DNA from: Rhizophagus irregularis
Lineage: Eukaryota
Reading direction: 5' to 3'
DNA: 64,000 nucleotides
Assembly: GCF_026210795.1 (NCBI RefSeq)
Contig: NC_089430.1
Span: forward strand, 1,550,001-1,614,000
The position numbers and the translations under genes are program-made. The notes under the pieces were generated by a model, which saw only the letters and a list, made by a program, of their open reading frames with translations, searched no databases and had not been told where the DNA came from. Position 1 is the stretch's first letter. Every line of letters starts with the position of its first letter. Positions 48,516 through 62,742 of this stretch are shown here, in pieces.

Positions 48516-50096
48516 GACAAAAAAAGGCAAGGATGATAACTGAATACAGCAGAAGCTTACTTACTATTCCTATATATATATTTTTTTTCAGTCAAAATGG
48601 TTTTATTTTAAACAAAGTATTTTCTGCACTTATCCATTAATATGTGATTACAAACCTTGGAATATTATTGTATATTGATTTTCTGATTTTCATACGTTAT
48701 TTAAATAATAAAAAAAAAAATTTTTTCCTATCTTAAAATTTAACTCTGATGATCCCAGCTAACGTGAAAATTTAAAAACAGATTTCAGATAATTATATAC
48801 TTCAAATATAAATTAATTTCCATTAAATTTAAATGGGTGTTCGTATATATAAAATTACAGCAGTAAATACTGTACCATCATGCAACCGATTTGCGCAACA
48901 GAAGCTACTGTCGATAGGTTAAATACGAAATAAATTAAATGTAAAATGCACTATAATTTTAAAATAGATTATACTAATTAAAATTTATTATTATGAAAAA
49001 CGCGCAATCATTTTATATCCTACTAATTACTAGAAAACTCAATTATTAACTTTCATTTCCGTTCTATTCTAACGTTGATGATACATGAAAGAGAAATATT
49101 TTTGCTAGAATTTATACAATTCCATATCCTACATTTCCGCTTCCCTGTAAGTAAAAACTCCGTGAATATGATGTATTTACGGAAAAATAACTAAAAATCT
49201 AAGCAACTTGGATAATTTCTATGTTTTGAAGCTAAAAATTCCGTGAACATGATACATTTACGGAAATAACATGGAATAACAAACGAGGAATCAATTTTTT
49301 ATAAGAGTACCATTTGCATGTATACACTTTAATCATAATAAGAAAATTATATTATGTGCGTTATATAAGCTTAATATATATTTTTTCTTTCAATAAAATA
49401 AGTTCTGCCGGAATTATCTTTATTTCAAATTTTGAACAATTTTCACTGTTCTGGAAAGTCATGTGATATTTCTTGACTTTTTTACAAAAAAAGCAATTTT
49501 TTTTGTATCCACGGCAACAGGACCCCAAACAATACTAATATAGGTAGGAGCTGAAGATGCTTAATAGCTCTCAATATGTTAGAATTTGGGAATGCGTACA
49601 ATCATCAAAAAATTTTGATAAGGTTAGAATTTGATTTTGCGTAATTTTGATTGGATTTTAGGATAGTAAGATGTTGAATTTGCTTATTTTTGGTACATTT
49701 TTGGAAATAAGTAATAATAATTTAATATTTTTAATTTTACTAGTGTTCACCTGTTGTCTATGACAACAGTTAATATGTAATTCCGGCCAGAATTAAAAGA
49801 TCTGCAAAGAATTTCCTTTTTTTTGGAAATTTGAGCAACACAATTTTTTTAATTTCTCTGAAAAGTAACAGAAGACAAAATTTCCTTTTTTGGAAATTTG
49901 CGTAACCGACAATTTCCTTTTATGGAATCCTGTATAACCCAAAATTTCAGTTTTTCGCCAGAAATAAAATTTCCTTTTTTGGTCTTGTGTAACATTGGCG
50001 ACGAATAGGAGTAGGGTTACACAATTCAAATGACTTATTTATATGGTTAATCTAAACATAACGCCCACGTGATTGCAGTGTTTTTTAATATATATA

Positions 50097-52682
50097 TGGT
50101 GCGTCTCACCTATAAACCACAAAGTCCGAAATTTCAAAAACGTAGATTTCACGTGACTTAGCGTGATATCATGTGACTTCGTCATATGATTACGAATCGA
50201 GTTTCAAAACAAATTGCAATCGCGCAGTTTATTCAACTTTATTTAACTCAACTAAAACATAATCTGGAATACAACGGTGGGATTTATACTTTTTGGCTGC
50301 ATATTCAGCCAATTTACCTGTTATTCCATTTCTATATAAATCCATATAACGCCACGCCTTCCTTGCAAATTTTCTTATCATAATCGTATCGACAGACTCT
50401 AAAGCTACAGGAACAACACGTTGCAAGCTTGACCACGAATAGTCACAGTTTTCGCGAGCATATCTTTTCGCTGCCCCCCAATATCTTTCAATAAAGTTAA
50501 GTTCACAATGGAACTTTGGGTAGAAAATGCACAAGTGCCCAGCTTCTAGTATTGCTTCCTCTAACGCACTTTTTTGTGCCAAAAAATCAGGTTGCAATGA
50601 AATAATCTGGCGTGCACAACAATCAATCCGTGTTATATCATCCACCTTATCTTTACACAACTGACAGTCGGCATTAAGGCCATTTTTCCATAAGCCACGT
50701 TCAATTAAAACTTGTTTCATCCCTTTGGGTTCCCCATTTTCGTTTACCATTGATTGGTACTGATTGTTTAATCCAAAAACCGTGTTCCTCATTTTTGGCT
50801 GTTTTCCGCCCGGTTTTAAGTTCATTTTACTGGCTACAAGAGCATCATGCCTAAATGCTGCGTGGTTCGAACTATTATCAAATGCAAACAATCCAATACA
50901 ATTAGGAAAAAGAGTTTCGAAAATAGGGATTGCTTTTGTCTTTACTTGATCGATTAGGTGTTCACTTGTCCAATATCCTTCTCGATCTTTGCCTGGCTGA
51001 AGATAAGTGCGCGCTTCTTGAGGTATGGAAGAGTTTTCTTGATGCTGTTGTGCATTTAATTTAAGACGGCCACATTCTTCTGACAAAAATTCGCTAACCA
51101 TTATCGAACGTCCATTTCCCTTTTTACGCAATGGCAATTCTCCTGTTTTTGTCCATACACCTCGTTTCCCATCATTAGAGTAAAATATACACTCATCATG
51201 TGTTACAAGGATTATCTCTTTATTATTAGATTCTAACATTGGTGGTATTCGTTCCATAGTTTCACCTTCATACTTCGCCATGTACCTTTCATAACTATAA
51301 ATTTTATCCAGAAATAACTTTCGATATTCAACAACATCAGGACGTTCATGACCATCATAGTATGTACCTTAATATAAATAATGTGTGATTGTTTTTTTTG
51401 TATAATACTGTATTAACGAATTCTTACCTTGTTTTTGTGATTGAAAGCTATAGCCAAGTACATTTAACCATCGAGTTGCAGTTGCTTTGGCGATAGTTTT
51501 CTTTTTCGTTATTCCAGAATTAATGAGCAATTTTTGCTCAACAAATTCCTTAAACTTCAATGGGGTGGTTGTTCCGCCTTGAGATCGAATCCATGTGTGA
51601 CATTTCACTGCTATATCCTCATCATCTATTAATCGTATTGTTTTTTGATGTTTCCCTTGACGACTCATTGGAAGGTGATTATTCTGAAGCCAAAAATTCG
51701 CCCAATATTGAATTGATCTTGCTCTGTTTGGTGCACAATCTATAAAAATCAACTGCGCAGCTTCTTTGCTAGCTTTCATCTTCCCCTTTCCATTTTCATC
51801 TAATCTCTTTAAATACTCATATATTGCGCGTTTTTTATTATATTCAGTTACTGTTAAAATCTTTTGCTGTTCTCCAAGTTCAGTCTTTAGATTTTTGATT
51901 CTTTCATCTATATTGAGTTGATTCTGTTCCTCTTCATCCAAATCATCCAAAACTTCTACAAAATCATCCGGAATTGTCTGATTTCTATTCATGAAAGTTG
52001 AAATTTTCATGGTTCTTTTTGCAGCTTTTGTAAAGGAACCACTTGGTCCATACTTGTCAAAATATGTTGATTTTTTTATTTTTCCGGTAAGATATGGTCC
52101 ACGTTTTTTTTGTTCCAAGTGTGTGTTATCTGACCAAGTCAACTCAAGAGCTTTTTTTTCGTTTAATAAACTAACTTCATCATCATCCCACCCACTATCA
52201 TTTTCGTCTCCCCATTCATCCAATTCATCAGATATCCTTGATTTTTTTGTAAACGTTCCATAGTTGTTTCTTTCTTGCTCTTTAGCCTTGGATTTTCGCT
52301 TTGATGGACGAGTCATTGATTAATGTGTGAGAAATTAATTGAAATCGGTAATTTTCATATGAAATTCGCGTAACATTAGGTTGGATATATCCTGATCTTG
52401 TAACGATATATTCCGATCTATGAAATTCACATGATGATATATCCCCGATCTCAGTCCGAAATTTTCCTTTTTTCATATAGATCATATAAATTATTCTTGA
52501 ACTTTCGAACTTAATAAAATTAAATTTTTCTAATAAATCTTAAAAAGTAAACCGTTAGAAATGTTTAGCTTATGCTATTATATTATTTTATCGGTTTCAA
52601 TTTGTATTTTATTACTTAATACCTGACTTATAAAAATTTAAAGTCACATGATATTTTTGTGGTTTATAGGTGAGACGCACCA
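50097..52682 (-). mobile_element. Full-length IS630/Tc1/mariner-superfamily transposon (2586 bp)
   Basis: Perfect 27-bp TIRs TGGTGCGTCTCACCTATAAACCACAAA at 50097-50123 and 52656-52682. TA TSD at 50095-50096 and 52683-52684. Confidence 0.93.
50229..52316 (-). CDS. Intact DDE transposase (~675 aa) with a long D-E spacer
   Basis: Exons 52316-51428 and 51367-50229 joined by a phase-1 GT-AG intron (QKQG|TYYDGHERPDVV). Catalytic motifs THDEC, FDNSSNH and HCELNFIERYW. Confidence 0.9.
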
Positions 52683-53446
52683 TAGAAGATAGAAGATGAT
52701 TTAACGATCATATCAATGTATAGATCTCTGATCACTCCTCTTTATGAAAATAATAAATAAATAAATAAATATTTAACGATCATCTTAAAATAAATTTTTT
52801 TTTTTCGAAAAAAAATCATTTCTGTATTGCATACATAATGTTTCATTGGAAATATGGTAAAGAGTGATTGGCTAACATAAATACGTTACTCATATTATTA
52901 ATGCAAAAAAAGTAGTATGTATATGTGGGAAAGGAATCAAATTAAACTACAGGTATGAAGAAGATTATTTAAATAGACATGTAGCATGTTCAGGATGTAA
53001 AGCAGACGAAGACAGAGAACAATTTGATACAACTAATAAAAGAGCCAATTAAAATTTTAAAAACTGTTAGAGGATTAAAATGCGTATTTTGTAAAAATTT
53101 CAGGGTTAGGAGCTATAAATGCGTACTGATCATAGTCAAAAGTGCTGCGTACAGCTAATAGTAAATTTTTTTTTCTGGACCTTACCTATATCAGTATTGT
53201 TCAGGGTCCTACGGCAACTGTGCATGTGGTAATTTTTAAAATGGAATGGGCGAAAATCTGGCCAAAATGAAATGATTGACTAAAATCATTTCCTTTTAAA
53301 GAAAAAAAATCGCCTATCTTTGTGTTATCCTGAATGATCATCCAAATCAACGGAATTAATTTAATTAAACTCTAAGCCTTACGAGGCGTAGCATGTACCA
53401 TAGGTACAATACATTTTACCAAACAAATTCTCTTTACAAAATCACT

Positions 53447-54677
53447 ATGAACAATTATCAAGAATTATTTTTTCTGATTAATCAAACAAGGCAAAGATTT
53501 CATGATTACATTTTTGGATCCATTATTTTCAGGAATGGGATTAAACAACATATTATTAAAAGGAAAACTTATGGGATATTAAACTTTTCGAATTTTATCA
53601 TTTGGAATATTGTGTTCTTTTCGTTTATTCCACTTGCTTCAGCATCAATTGCATCATTTGTTAACATAGATTATAATTCACAAGAAGATTTGTATGATGC
53701 CATTCTTAACACATTTTTTCCAATCCTTTTTGTGATTTTTCTCAGTGTTTCAGGAAAAACTGGGTCTATCAAAAATATAATATTACCATTACTAGATGAT
53801 GTATTATATAATTTGATTACTTGGATGATTCCATTGATAGTTTCTTTTGCCTATGATGACTTGATGAACATAAAGATATTTTCAATCATAAACATGTGTT
53901 TACATGTAATTTGCGCAGTACTTGCAATAGTTAGAGTGAAAAAAGTTGAAGAGGTTTTGATAACGATGGTTATTTTAGTTCGGATTTATTTCTTTTTATC
54001 ATTGCTTTCTTGATATTTTTCCAGTTCTAGTTATTCCAATATTTTGGATAATTATCATCGCGCATAGTCATAGTACTATCGATTCAACTTCTATAATATT
54101 TATTACATTATTCGGAATATGCTTAATTTCTTTTATGTCAATATTTATTTTAATATTTATTGAGCACAATTTTAAATATGAAAGAGGGGACAAAACATTT
54201 TACATATTGTATATTATAAGTTTTTATGTTCCAAATATTCTACAAACATTATTGATTGCATTAAGCTGGCCAATCAATTTTTATTTCATCAAAGCATGCG
54301 TGTTTATACTGATTCTATCTTTAACAAGAAATGTGTCCTACTTTACTGATAGGGTGCCAAAAGACTTTCTGGCTACTTCAACAACAATGACTCAATGTAT
54401 ACTAATCAGTATCCGTATTACAGGAGACATGCAAAACATCTTTAGGAGGGCACAAATGTCAATAGAAGAAATGCACGAAAAGCAGGAAGAAATACACAAA
54501 ATACAGAAAACAATGCAAGTGGAAATTGACGAAATGCAGACAACAATGCAGACGAAAATTGATGAGATGCAGATATCAATGCAGATGACAATGCAGACGA
54601 AAATTGACGAGATGCAGACAACAATGCAGACGAAAATTGATGAAATACAGAAGACAATAAACGAAAATAAAACATAA
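53447..54677 (+). pseudogene. Multi-pass membrane protein paralogue with two apparent frameshifts
   Basis: Collinear with 47307-48515. The frame changes near 53952 and again near 54018; GFDNDGYFSSDLFLFIIAFLIF lies in the middle frame. Could be real lesions or read errors. Confidence 0.8.
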
Positions 54678-55649
54678 ATGGATGAGTCAAAAAAAGGCAA
54701 GGATGATAACTGAATACAGCAGAAGCTTACTATTTCTATATATATATTTTTTTCAGTCAAAATGGTTTTATTTTAAACAATATTTTTTGCACTTATCCAT
54801 TAATATGTGATTACAAACCTTAGAATATTATTGTATATTGATTTTCTGATTATATACTGACGTTATTTAAATAAAAAAAAATAATTTTTTCCATCTTAAA
54901 ATTTAACTCTGATGATCTCAGCCAACGTGAAAATTTAATAACAAATTTCAGATAATTATATAGTACTTCAAATATAAATTAATTTAATTTCCATTAAATT
55001 TAAATGGATATTAGTGCATATAAATTTAAATACTGTACCTCGTAAAGTAAAACCAGTTCAAGTGGCCAAACGACCAAGCGTATTAGATTTGTACAACAGA
55101 CCGCATTGGTATTCTATAGATTAAATAATACTTGAATCAAACGAAATAAATTAAACTAATGTATAATGCGCTATAATTGATAAAAAGATTACAATTAAAT
55201 TTATTTATTAGTACATAGAATACACATAATCATTTTTACTAAATCTGTCAATTTTCATTTCTGTTCTAATATAACGCTAATGATACACGAAAGAGAAAAA
55301 TATTGCTAGACTTTATACAATTCCATATCCTACTGTACATTCTCGCATATTTTATAGAATATATATTTATTGATTTATAAATGTATGGTATTAACAACTG
55401 AACAAATTAATTTATTAAGCAAAAGCATAGAAATGGTAGGTTATTTAAAGGTGGGATAATCGCTAATATCTATGTTAAGGAATTCTGAAAATATAATTTA
55501 CAATTTTACATTCAAAATAAAACGTTTTAAATTTATCAAATTTATCAAATTTATTAAATGTTATATAATACAATAAAATAAGTATGATAGATTTTATTTA
55601 TTTAATAATATAATACAAAAAAAAAACATAATTTATTATTGTTTTTTTT

Positions 55650-58185
55650 TTAATTTTTTAATTTTTTAATTTCATCTGCACTCCTATAAAATAAATTTTT
55701 TATATTTTTAAAAATTCCTTCCCCAGTTTTATAATTTTCAGCAATTTCGTTAGGATTAAGCTTGATTAAAGGTTCACCAAATTCTGCTATAAACTCATGA
55801 AAGCTAAGCTTTTCAAATTCACTCATTCCATCAATAAAAGTATTGACTAAACTTGTAGATTTTCCTCCAGCCTTTTCTCTAATTTCACCTTTTTCATCAT
55901 TATCAAGATCAAAACAATCTAACACAGCCCCTAACATATTTGAATATCCTTCACTATATAATTCTTTATACAATTCAGTAGCTTTATCATAACTTTGTAT
56001 TGTACCTTCTCCTTTTTTATATAATGCAGCAAGATTACGTTTAGCTACCTTATGACCTAAATCTGATGCTTCTTTAAGTAATTCAAATGCTTTCTTCTTG
56101 TCAACATTAGTTCCAATTCCAATTTTATAACATATTCCCAACAGATTCATTCCATTTAAATTTTTTCCTTCAGCTGACTTTTTAGCCAATTCAAATACTT
56201 TATCATCATCTTTATCAACACTATCATCAACTCTATACATTTTACCAAGTCTATATTGAGCTTCATGATGTCCTAAATTTGCTGCTTCTTCAAATAATTT
56301 AAATGCTTTTTCCTTATCAATGCTAGTTCCGATTCCAACGTAATAACATTCCCCTAACATATTTATTCCATTTAAATAACCCCCTTTAGCTGATTTTTTA
56401 AGTAATTGAACAATTTCTTGATTATCTCGATAAATATCTTTTCCTTCTTTATACATACAAGCAAGATTATACTGAGCCACGCTATGATCAAGGTTTGCCG
56501 CTCTTTTATATAACTCAACAGCTTTTTTCTTATTGACGCTAGTTCCAATTCCTAAATAATTAAAGATTCCAAGTAAAGAAATATGATTTGAATCATTTTG
56601 ATTATCTAATAACCAATTATGAATTTCTTTTGGATCGATATCATTTTTTTTACAATGATCATAAATAATAGAATCTTTCAACTCTTTCTTTTCATCAAAA
56701 ATAATCTCATTTAATTTATCTACTACTTTATTTATTAATTCTTTCTTTTCATGTTCAAAATATTCCACTACTTCATTTGTAATTAATTTACTTAAACCAA
56801 TACTAGAAGCGTTAGAAGAAGTTTCATCAATATTTGAATGTGATTCATTTACAATATTATATAAACCATTTTCGTTAATTTCGTCAATCGAAGACATAAT
56901 TTCTTTTAATTGATCAACTACTTCATTCATGTTTGGACGCAAAGTTGGTTCTCCATCCCAACATCCTAAAAAAAAAAGGTATTAGATTGAATAATAATAA
57001 TACAAATTATAAAAATACAGTATATAAATTTCCCGTATATATTTACTTGTATAGAGCTTAACATAAGCATTAGGTGTACCAGGAATAGGATTTTCTCTAG
57101 AACCTTTCGCAATGCCACAAATCAAACCAATATCATATGCTACACTTTCACCATAAAAAGGTTGTTTACCACTGGATATCTCCCATAACAATACTCCAAT
57201 ACTGTAAACATCGCTCATTTCATTTAACTTATATTTTCGATCGGTTATTTTCTTTGGATCAATATAAGGAATAATACCAAATATTTTTGAATATTGTTTA
57301 TCATTTGATGTTTCTTCAATCCTCTTTGATAATCCAAAGTCAGCCAATTTGACGGTATCTTGATGAACCAAAATATTTTTGGAATGCTATTATAAATTTT
57401 TGTATAAAATGATAATCTTATTAATATTTTAAACGTAATAGAAGAAATGAAAAGATTAAAAATTTACCAAATCCCGATGTACAATCCCTTCATCATGTAA
57501 GCATAAGATGGCACAAGCCAATTGATGAGCGATATCTAATTTTTTTATCCAAGTAAGCTCACTAATATTATTCTTCAAATAATCTTGAAGCGTACCACTA
57601 TCAGCAAATTCCATTACCAATAAATAATTATTCAATATATCATTTGAATTATCTGATATATAAATATATAAAAAAAAAAAAAATTTTCGATAAATTTGTG
57701 AATTATGAAATAATAAATTACAAAATATACGATTATTATTATTTTTACAATACCTGGTTCATATTTTGTAATTCCAAAGAAACGAATAACATTATTATGA
57801 AAATCAACTTCACGTTGAAGCATTAACTAAACAATTTAAGAATAATGAAATTATAATAAATATAAATAAAGAATTAAGAAATATATATACTGTATATATA
57901 TATACGTTTTTGTCCTATAAAAAAAAAACATTTTATTTATTTTACCTCACGTTTAATCTCTTCAACCGTAACGTTATCAAGTTTAAAAAAAGATTTTAAA
58001 GCCATATATTGTTCTGTCTTTTTCCAATTTGCCCGAAAAACTTTTCCGAATCCACCGGAACCAATTTCTTGTATATTATTAAAATTTTTGAAATCATAAT
58101 ATTTAAAATAATTTTTTTTGATAGCTTCTTCAATCCATTCATTATTAGTACTAGTCGAATTATCAATATCAGAATTATCAGACAT
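55650..58185 (-). CDS. Tyrosine-kinase-like kinase with 6 C-terminal Sel1 repeats (~717 aa)
   Basis: Exons 58185-57946, 57826-57754, 57652-57468, 57386-57047, 56965-55650 join in frame. Motifs GSGGFG, MALK, HRDL|HSKN, DFG, PYIDPK, CWDGEP..RP, then six 36-aa Sel1 repeats. Confidence 0.9.
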
Positions 58186-60798
58186 GATGATTAAATAATA
58201 TGACGATTTTTATTTTGATAAAATGACTACGTATTTTTTCGAAAAAAACAAAATAAAAAAAAAATTATTTTTTTTTTTTAAATCGGGGTTTTTGAGTTTT
58301 CATTAAATAATTCCGGACCCATTTTTGCCTATTATTGCAACAAATCGATCATCTGACCTTACTCGCCATTTCTAAAAAAGTAAGAGCAACAAGTTTACCA
58401 ATCTTGATGAACCGGGAATTTACAGTAACTATATTTTACCTAAAAATTCCTGGTGCAACACGTGATGATCAGATGGTATGATCTGAATGATACAGTAGTT
58501 ATTTATATACCAAAAAGCTATTTAATGCAAGAAAACCTTAACGTTGAATTTTTCGTATTATAATAACTCTTAACGAAATTTGATACGATCAAATTTCTTA
58601 TTAGTTTATGATTTAAAATACATTATTAAATACTCAAATTTCAATACCGAGAATAATTTACTTCGCTCAAAATGTCAATTTTTTTTCCTGGCTATAAATA
58701 ATTTTGGCAATCATTTTTTGGAGGTCTAAAATTTAATGTTCACTTTTAATACATGATTACTAGCAATTGTAGAATGAAGTTTGTAAAGTAGAATCAACAA
58801 AAGCAAAGTGCTAGAATAAAATTTTTTATTATCATGAGAATTTTAAGAGATATTAAGTCTAAATTTAATTTGAAATTTTGAAATATAGATACAAATTATT
58901 ATTTTTAAATTACTTTTGTGAAAATTTTATTCCTCAAGTTCTATTATTTTGAACTTTAAACAATTTTTAACAATAACGACGTCTTTATTAAAATTACAAT
59001 CGCATAATTTAACTATTTCTTTGTAACTTTTTGATATAAAGAACTCCCACGGTTTGAAGCTTTGGATTGTTTTAAAAATAAATAGAACGTAAAGCTGCAG
59101 AAGCTGCATAACTGCCGATCATTTAACGCAGTTTTTAAATTTGGCCAGTCCACCACCTCCTTCGGATACTGATGGCGACATAGATAATAAAACTGTAAAT
59201 TAAAAACTATAATTGTATTCTATAAGATTCTTTCTATTAAATATACAATAAAATTATAAATTATTTTGTGAAAATGGATCGAATTAATAAATGGTAAGTA
59301 CAACTAGAAACGTGCACGTCAAAAGAGACTAGTGGGAATCGTCACCATAAAATAATTAGTTAACAAACAAACATACATAATTATTTAAATAATCATTCAT
59401 AACTTTACTTATTGTTAAATAAATTAAAGAAAATAATCAATAAATATAAATGAAAAAATGAGTAATTCGATCAAATCAATTAAAATAATATTTCAGATTT
59501 AATCCTCCATACAAAGAATTAAAATACTGTATATTAAACATATTCTCCGATACTTCTCCGATGAATTTGTAAATTGGTAACTAATACTTTCTATTCAAGC
59601 AAAGTTCTCATCGGGTTTTACTCAAGTATTTATAACTTTATTATTTTAAGAAAATGACCGATGAAAGTACTTGGGATGAAAAGAAATTATTAATTATAAG
59701 GATCGTCATATAATTAATGTTTCAAGTTGAAAGATATTCAGCGTTGCTGATAGAGTATTTTAAAAATGTGATTGTTTACTAAATTATTTAACATATCCGC
59801 ATTGAAACGATAAAAAATTTAAAACCTATTATGAAAAATGATTGGATATGCAATACTATCGCGTGAAAATATCTGTACAAGGCGTACTAAGCGCACGCGA
59901 AATTTTCAAAAAAAAAAATAGCATCATATTATTTAATCTAAACAAAATTATTTACAATTAAAAACTCCATTTGAGTAGAATCTAAGAATAGTATTTTAAA
60001 AATAAATTTAGTTATTAATTTTTTAATATATTATTTACTTTTTTAAAAAAAAAATCTTTTTTTTTGTAACTTATGATTCGAAACGATACCAAAATAAAAG
60101 CTTTAACTAAGGTAATTTTGATGATATTAAAATAAAAAATTATTATTGATAGTTAAAAAGGTAACATACTCTCAGTATCCTCTCAGATTTTTTGAATAAT
60201 AAAATTTCCCTAACTTTAAAATAAATAATGATAAAAATTTGTTATTACTTAAAATCTTTAAATTATGATTGATATAAAATAAATAAACATAGAATCATAC
60301 CAAATTTTGCTAAGCTTTTACAATTTTTTAAACTTTAATATATGCTAAAGCTTTTAAAAACAAATAAAAATAGTTAAATTTTATATTTAATATCTGATAT
60401 ACAAATAACGTGTTATATATTTGTATTTATGAAGTAAAAGTTCCAAAGTTCCGGATGATCATGTAACGGCGTTGTAACGCAATTGAAATTAGGGGGGTTG
60501 TGGAACAAATATGTTGTAACGTAATATTTGTTATACAATAATGTAACTGGACAAAATTATGGGGGATTATTCGATTTTCACGTTGAGATGAATGAGATGT
60601 GCCAAAATGGATATTTAACGGATATTAATTTCCGGATTATCCATTACTTGGCGTATTTATGTGTTTATTTAAATATAGTTTTTACGCTTCAATTATTCCA
60701 TTACATTCATAAGGAAATCTGAAATCTTGTAATTAATTAGTAACAAAGAAAATCATCAAATATTATTAAACGAGATTATTATAACAGATTATTAATTT

Positions 60799-62742
60799 AT
60801 GATGTCACAAGAAACTGGAAAACTGTCTCAATCAATGCCACCACTAAAAGGTAGTTTATGGCTCTGGAGAGATATATATAAAAAAAATCCTGAAGACATT
60901 TGGAATGTAAATCGACCTCGCGATAAATGTTTCATATGTAATAATAGATACCCTGAAAAACTTAAGACCACTCCTACGACATACGATTGTGAAAAATGCT
61001 TTCAGATGATTATTGAAGAAGATTTTAAAAATTGGACAAGCGGCAATCAAGAACTTGACAGGGTTATTAGACAATCTCAACTTAATGCCAAAAAATCGAA
61101 TAATGTTTTCCTTCAAGTTTTTCCTTTTAAATTTGGACAACTAGAAAAGATTGGAAGGGGCGGTTTCTCAACCATTTATTTAGGAGATTTGCCAATATCT
61201 CGATATTCTAATATTTGGGAACAACCAGAGGTGATCGGAATGAGCACAACCAGGTATTTAGAACAAATTAAACATTTAGCAAAACATCGATATGATTGGG
61301 AAAGCGATAAGCGTGCAGTTCTCAAGTCTTTTTCGAAATCAAACTCGAATATTATAACAAATTTGGTCAAAGAGGTATTTTATTTTATGTTGTACACTAA
61401 AAGCTATGAATTTATTCTAATCAAAAGTTTTAATGTCTAGCTTGAGGTAAACTCTAAACTTCATGGCGATTTTATTACAAAATGTTATGGGGTTACGCAA
61501 AATCCAGATGATGGACAATACATGATTGTGATGGAATATGCGGCCCATGGTGATTTACGTCGATATTTACAAGATCCAGAGACGTTAATTAATTGGAAAT
61601 ATATAATTTGTCTTTCTCGATGGATCATAGGATCACTATGCAAAATGCATGAGTGTGGGTTTATTCATAAAGATTTTCATACTGGAAACGTACTTATTAA
61701 TCATGCAAGAAGACCACTAATTGCAGATATGGGGCTTACTACTTTGGAATCAGACGATGTAATCGGTGTCATGCCATATATTGCTCCAGAAGTTTTTTGT
61801 CTTAAGTCATATACTCAAGCAGCAGATATATATAGTTTTGCCATGATTATGTGGGAATTCTCATCACAACAACCACCGTTTGGCAAACTAGTACATGATC
61901 ACAATTTGGTAATAGAAGTTTGTATAAAGCACCGGCGACCTACTATTGCAAAGGCAACACCCCAGTGTTGGATTGATCTTATGCAACAATGCTGGGATTC
62001 TGTTCCAGAAAAACGCCCAACTGCAATGCAAGTGTTTCAAAAACTTGATAAATGGTATCAGGATACTCAAAACAATATATGGTCAGAAGATATAAAACAA
62101 TTTCTTTTATGTGATGAGGAACGATATAAATTTCGTAGCATGTCAAAAGAGAAAATTGAAGAACATTATTCTACGCATCCACAAGCAATTTATAAAAGTC
62201 GATCTATGTCTCATTATATTAGTCTTATGCAATCTTGTCAAATTGATTTGAATGAAAAAGCCAACGAAAAATCAATTAATACTCCCTTGAATTCTTCAAA
62301 AAAAAGATTATATTCAAATATCGGGTTGAAGGAAAACGAAACTGGCATAACGCAACAGATTATCGATATTTCACTCACTAATAATTCATCAAAGAAAGAA
62401 TTATACTCAATACAAGAAAGATCTGAGCTGGAAGCAAACGAAATTAGTATGACGCAACAGATTGATATTTCACTTATTCCTAATTTACCAAAAAAAAAAT
62501 TATGTTCGATACAAGAAAAATATGAGCAGGATTCAAACGAAACTGACATAACGCGACAAACCAATGACATTTCACCCAGTCTTCATTTATCGAAAAAAAG
62601 ATTATACATGGAGATACAAGAGGTGGAGGATGATCATAATGAAGAAAAATTTGAATCGGAAATGAGTGAAACTGGTATAACGCAACATATTGATTTAGTT
62701 TCGCTTAGTTCTTCTTCATATAAAAAGGTTCGCCGCACATAA
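60799..62742 (+). CDS. Tyrosine-kinase-like kinase (~625 aa), single N-lobe module, repeated C-terminal tail
   Basis: Exons 60799-61374 and 61441-62742 (phase 0). Motifs CFIC..CEKC, NWTSGN, GRGGFS, AVLK, HKDFHTGN, DMG, APE. Four ~33-aa tail repeats. Confidence 0.9.

Larger units (their letters stand above)
49519..53210. mobile_element. TIR DNA element with 8-bp TSD, host of the nested Tc1/mariner element
   Basis: Left end AGGACCCCAAACAATACTAATATAGGTAGG; reverse complement of right end AGGACCCTGAACAATACTGATATAGGTAAGG. TSD ACGGCAAC at 49511-49518 and 53211-53218. Internal plus-strand zinc-finger remnant VVCICGKGIKLNYRYEEDYLNRHVACSGCK near 52912-53002. Confidence 0.85.

Noticed and set aside
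49800..50030. Four AATTTCCTTTTT(T)GG motifs inside the outer element, suggesting a third nested element end
   Set aside because: No matching opposite terminus or TSD found, so it cannot be called a separate element.
40827..54760. Antisense Cys/Ile-rich ORFs at 40827-41093, 48236-48520, 54392-54760 and 54442-54690
   Set aside because: Reverse-strand shadows of the MQTKIDE coiled-coil repeats.
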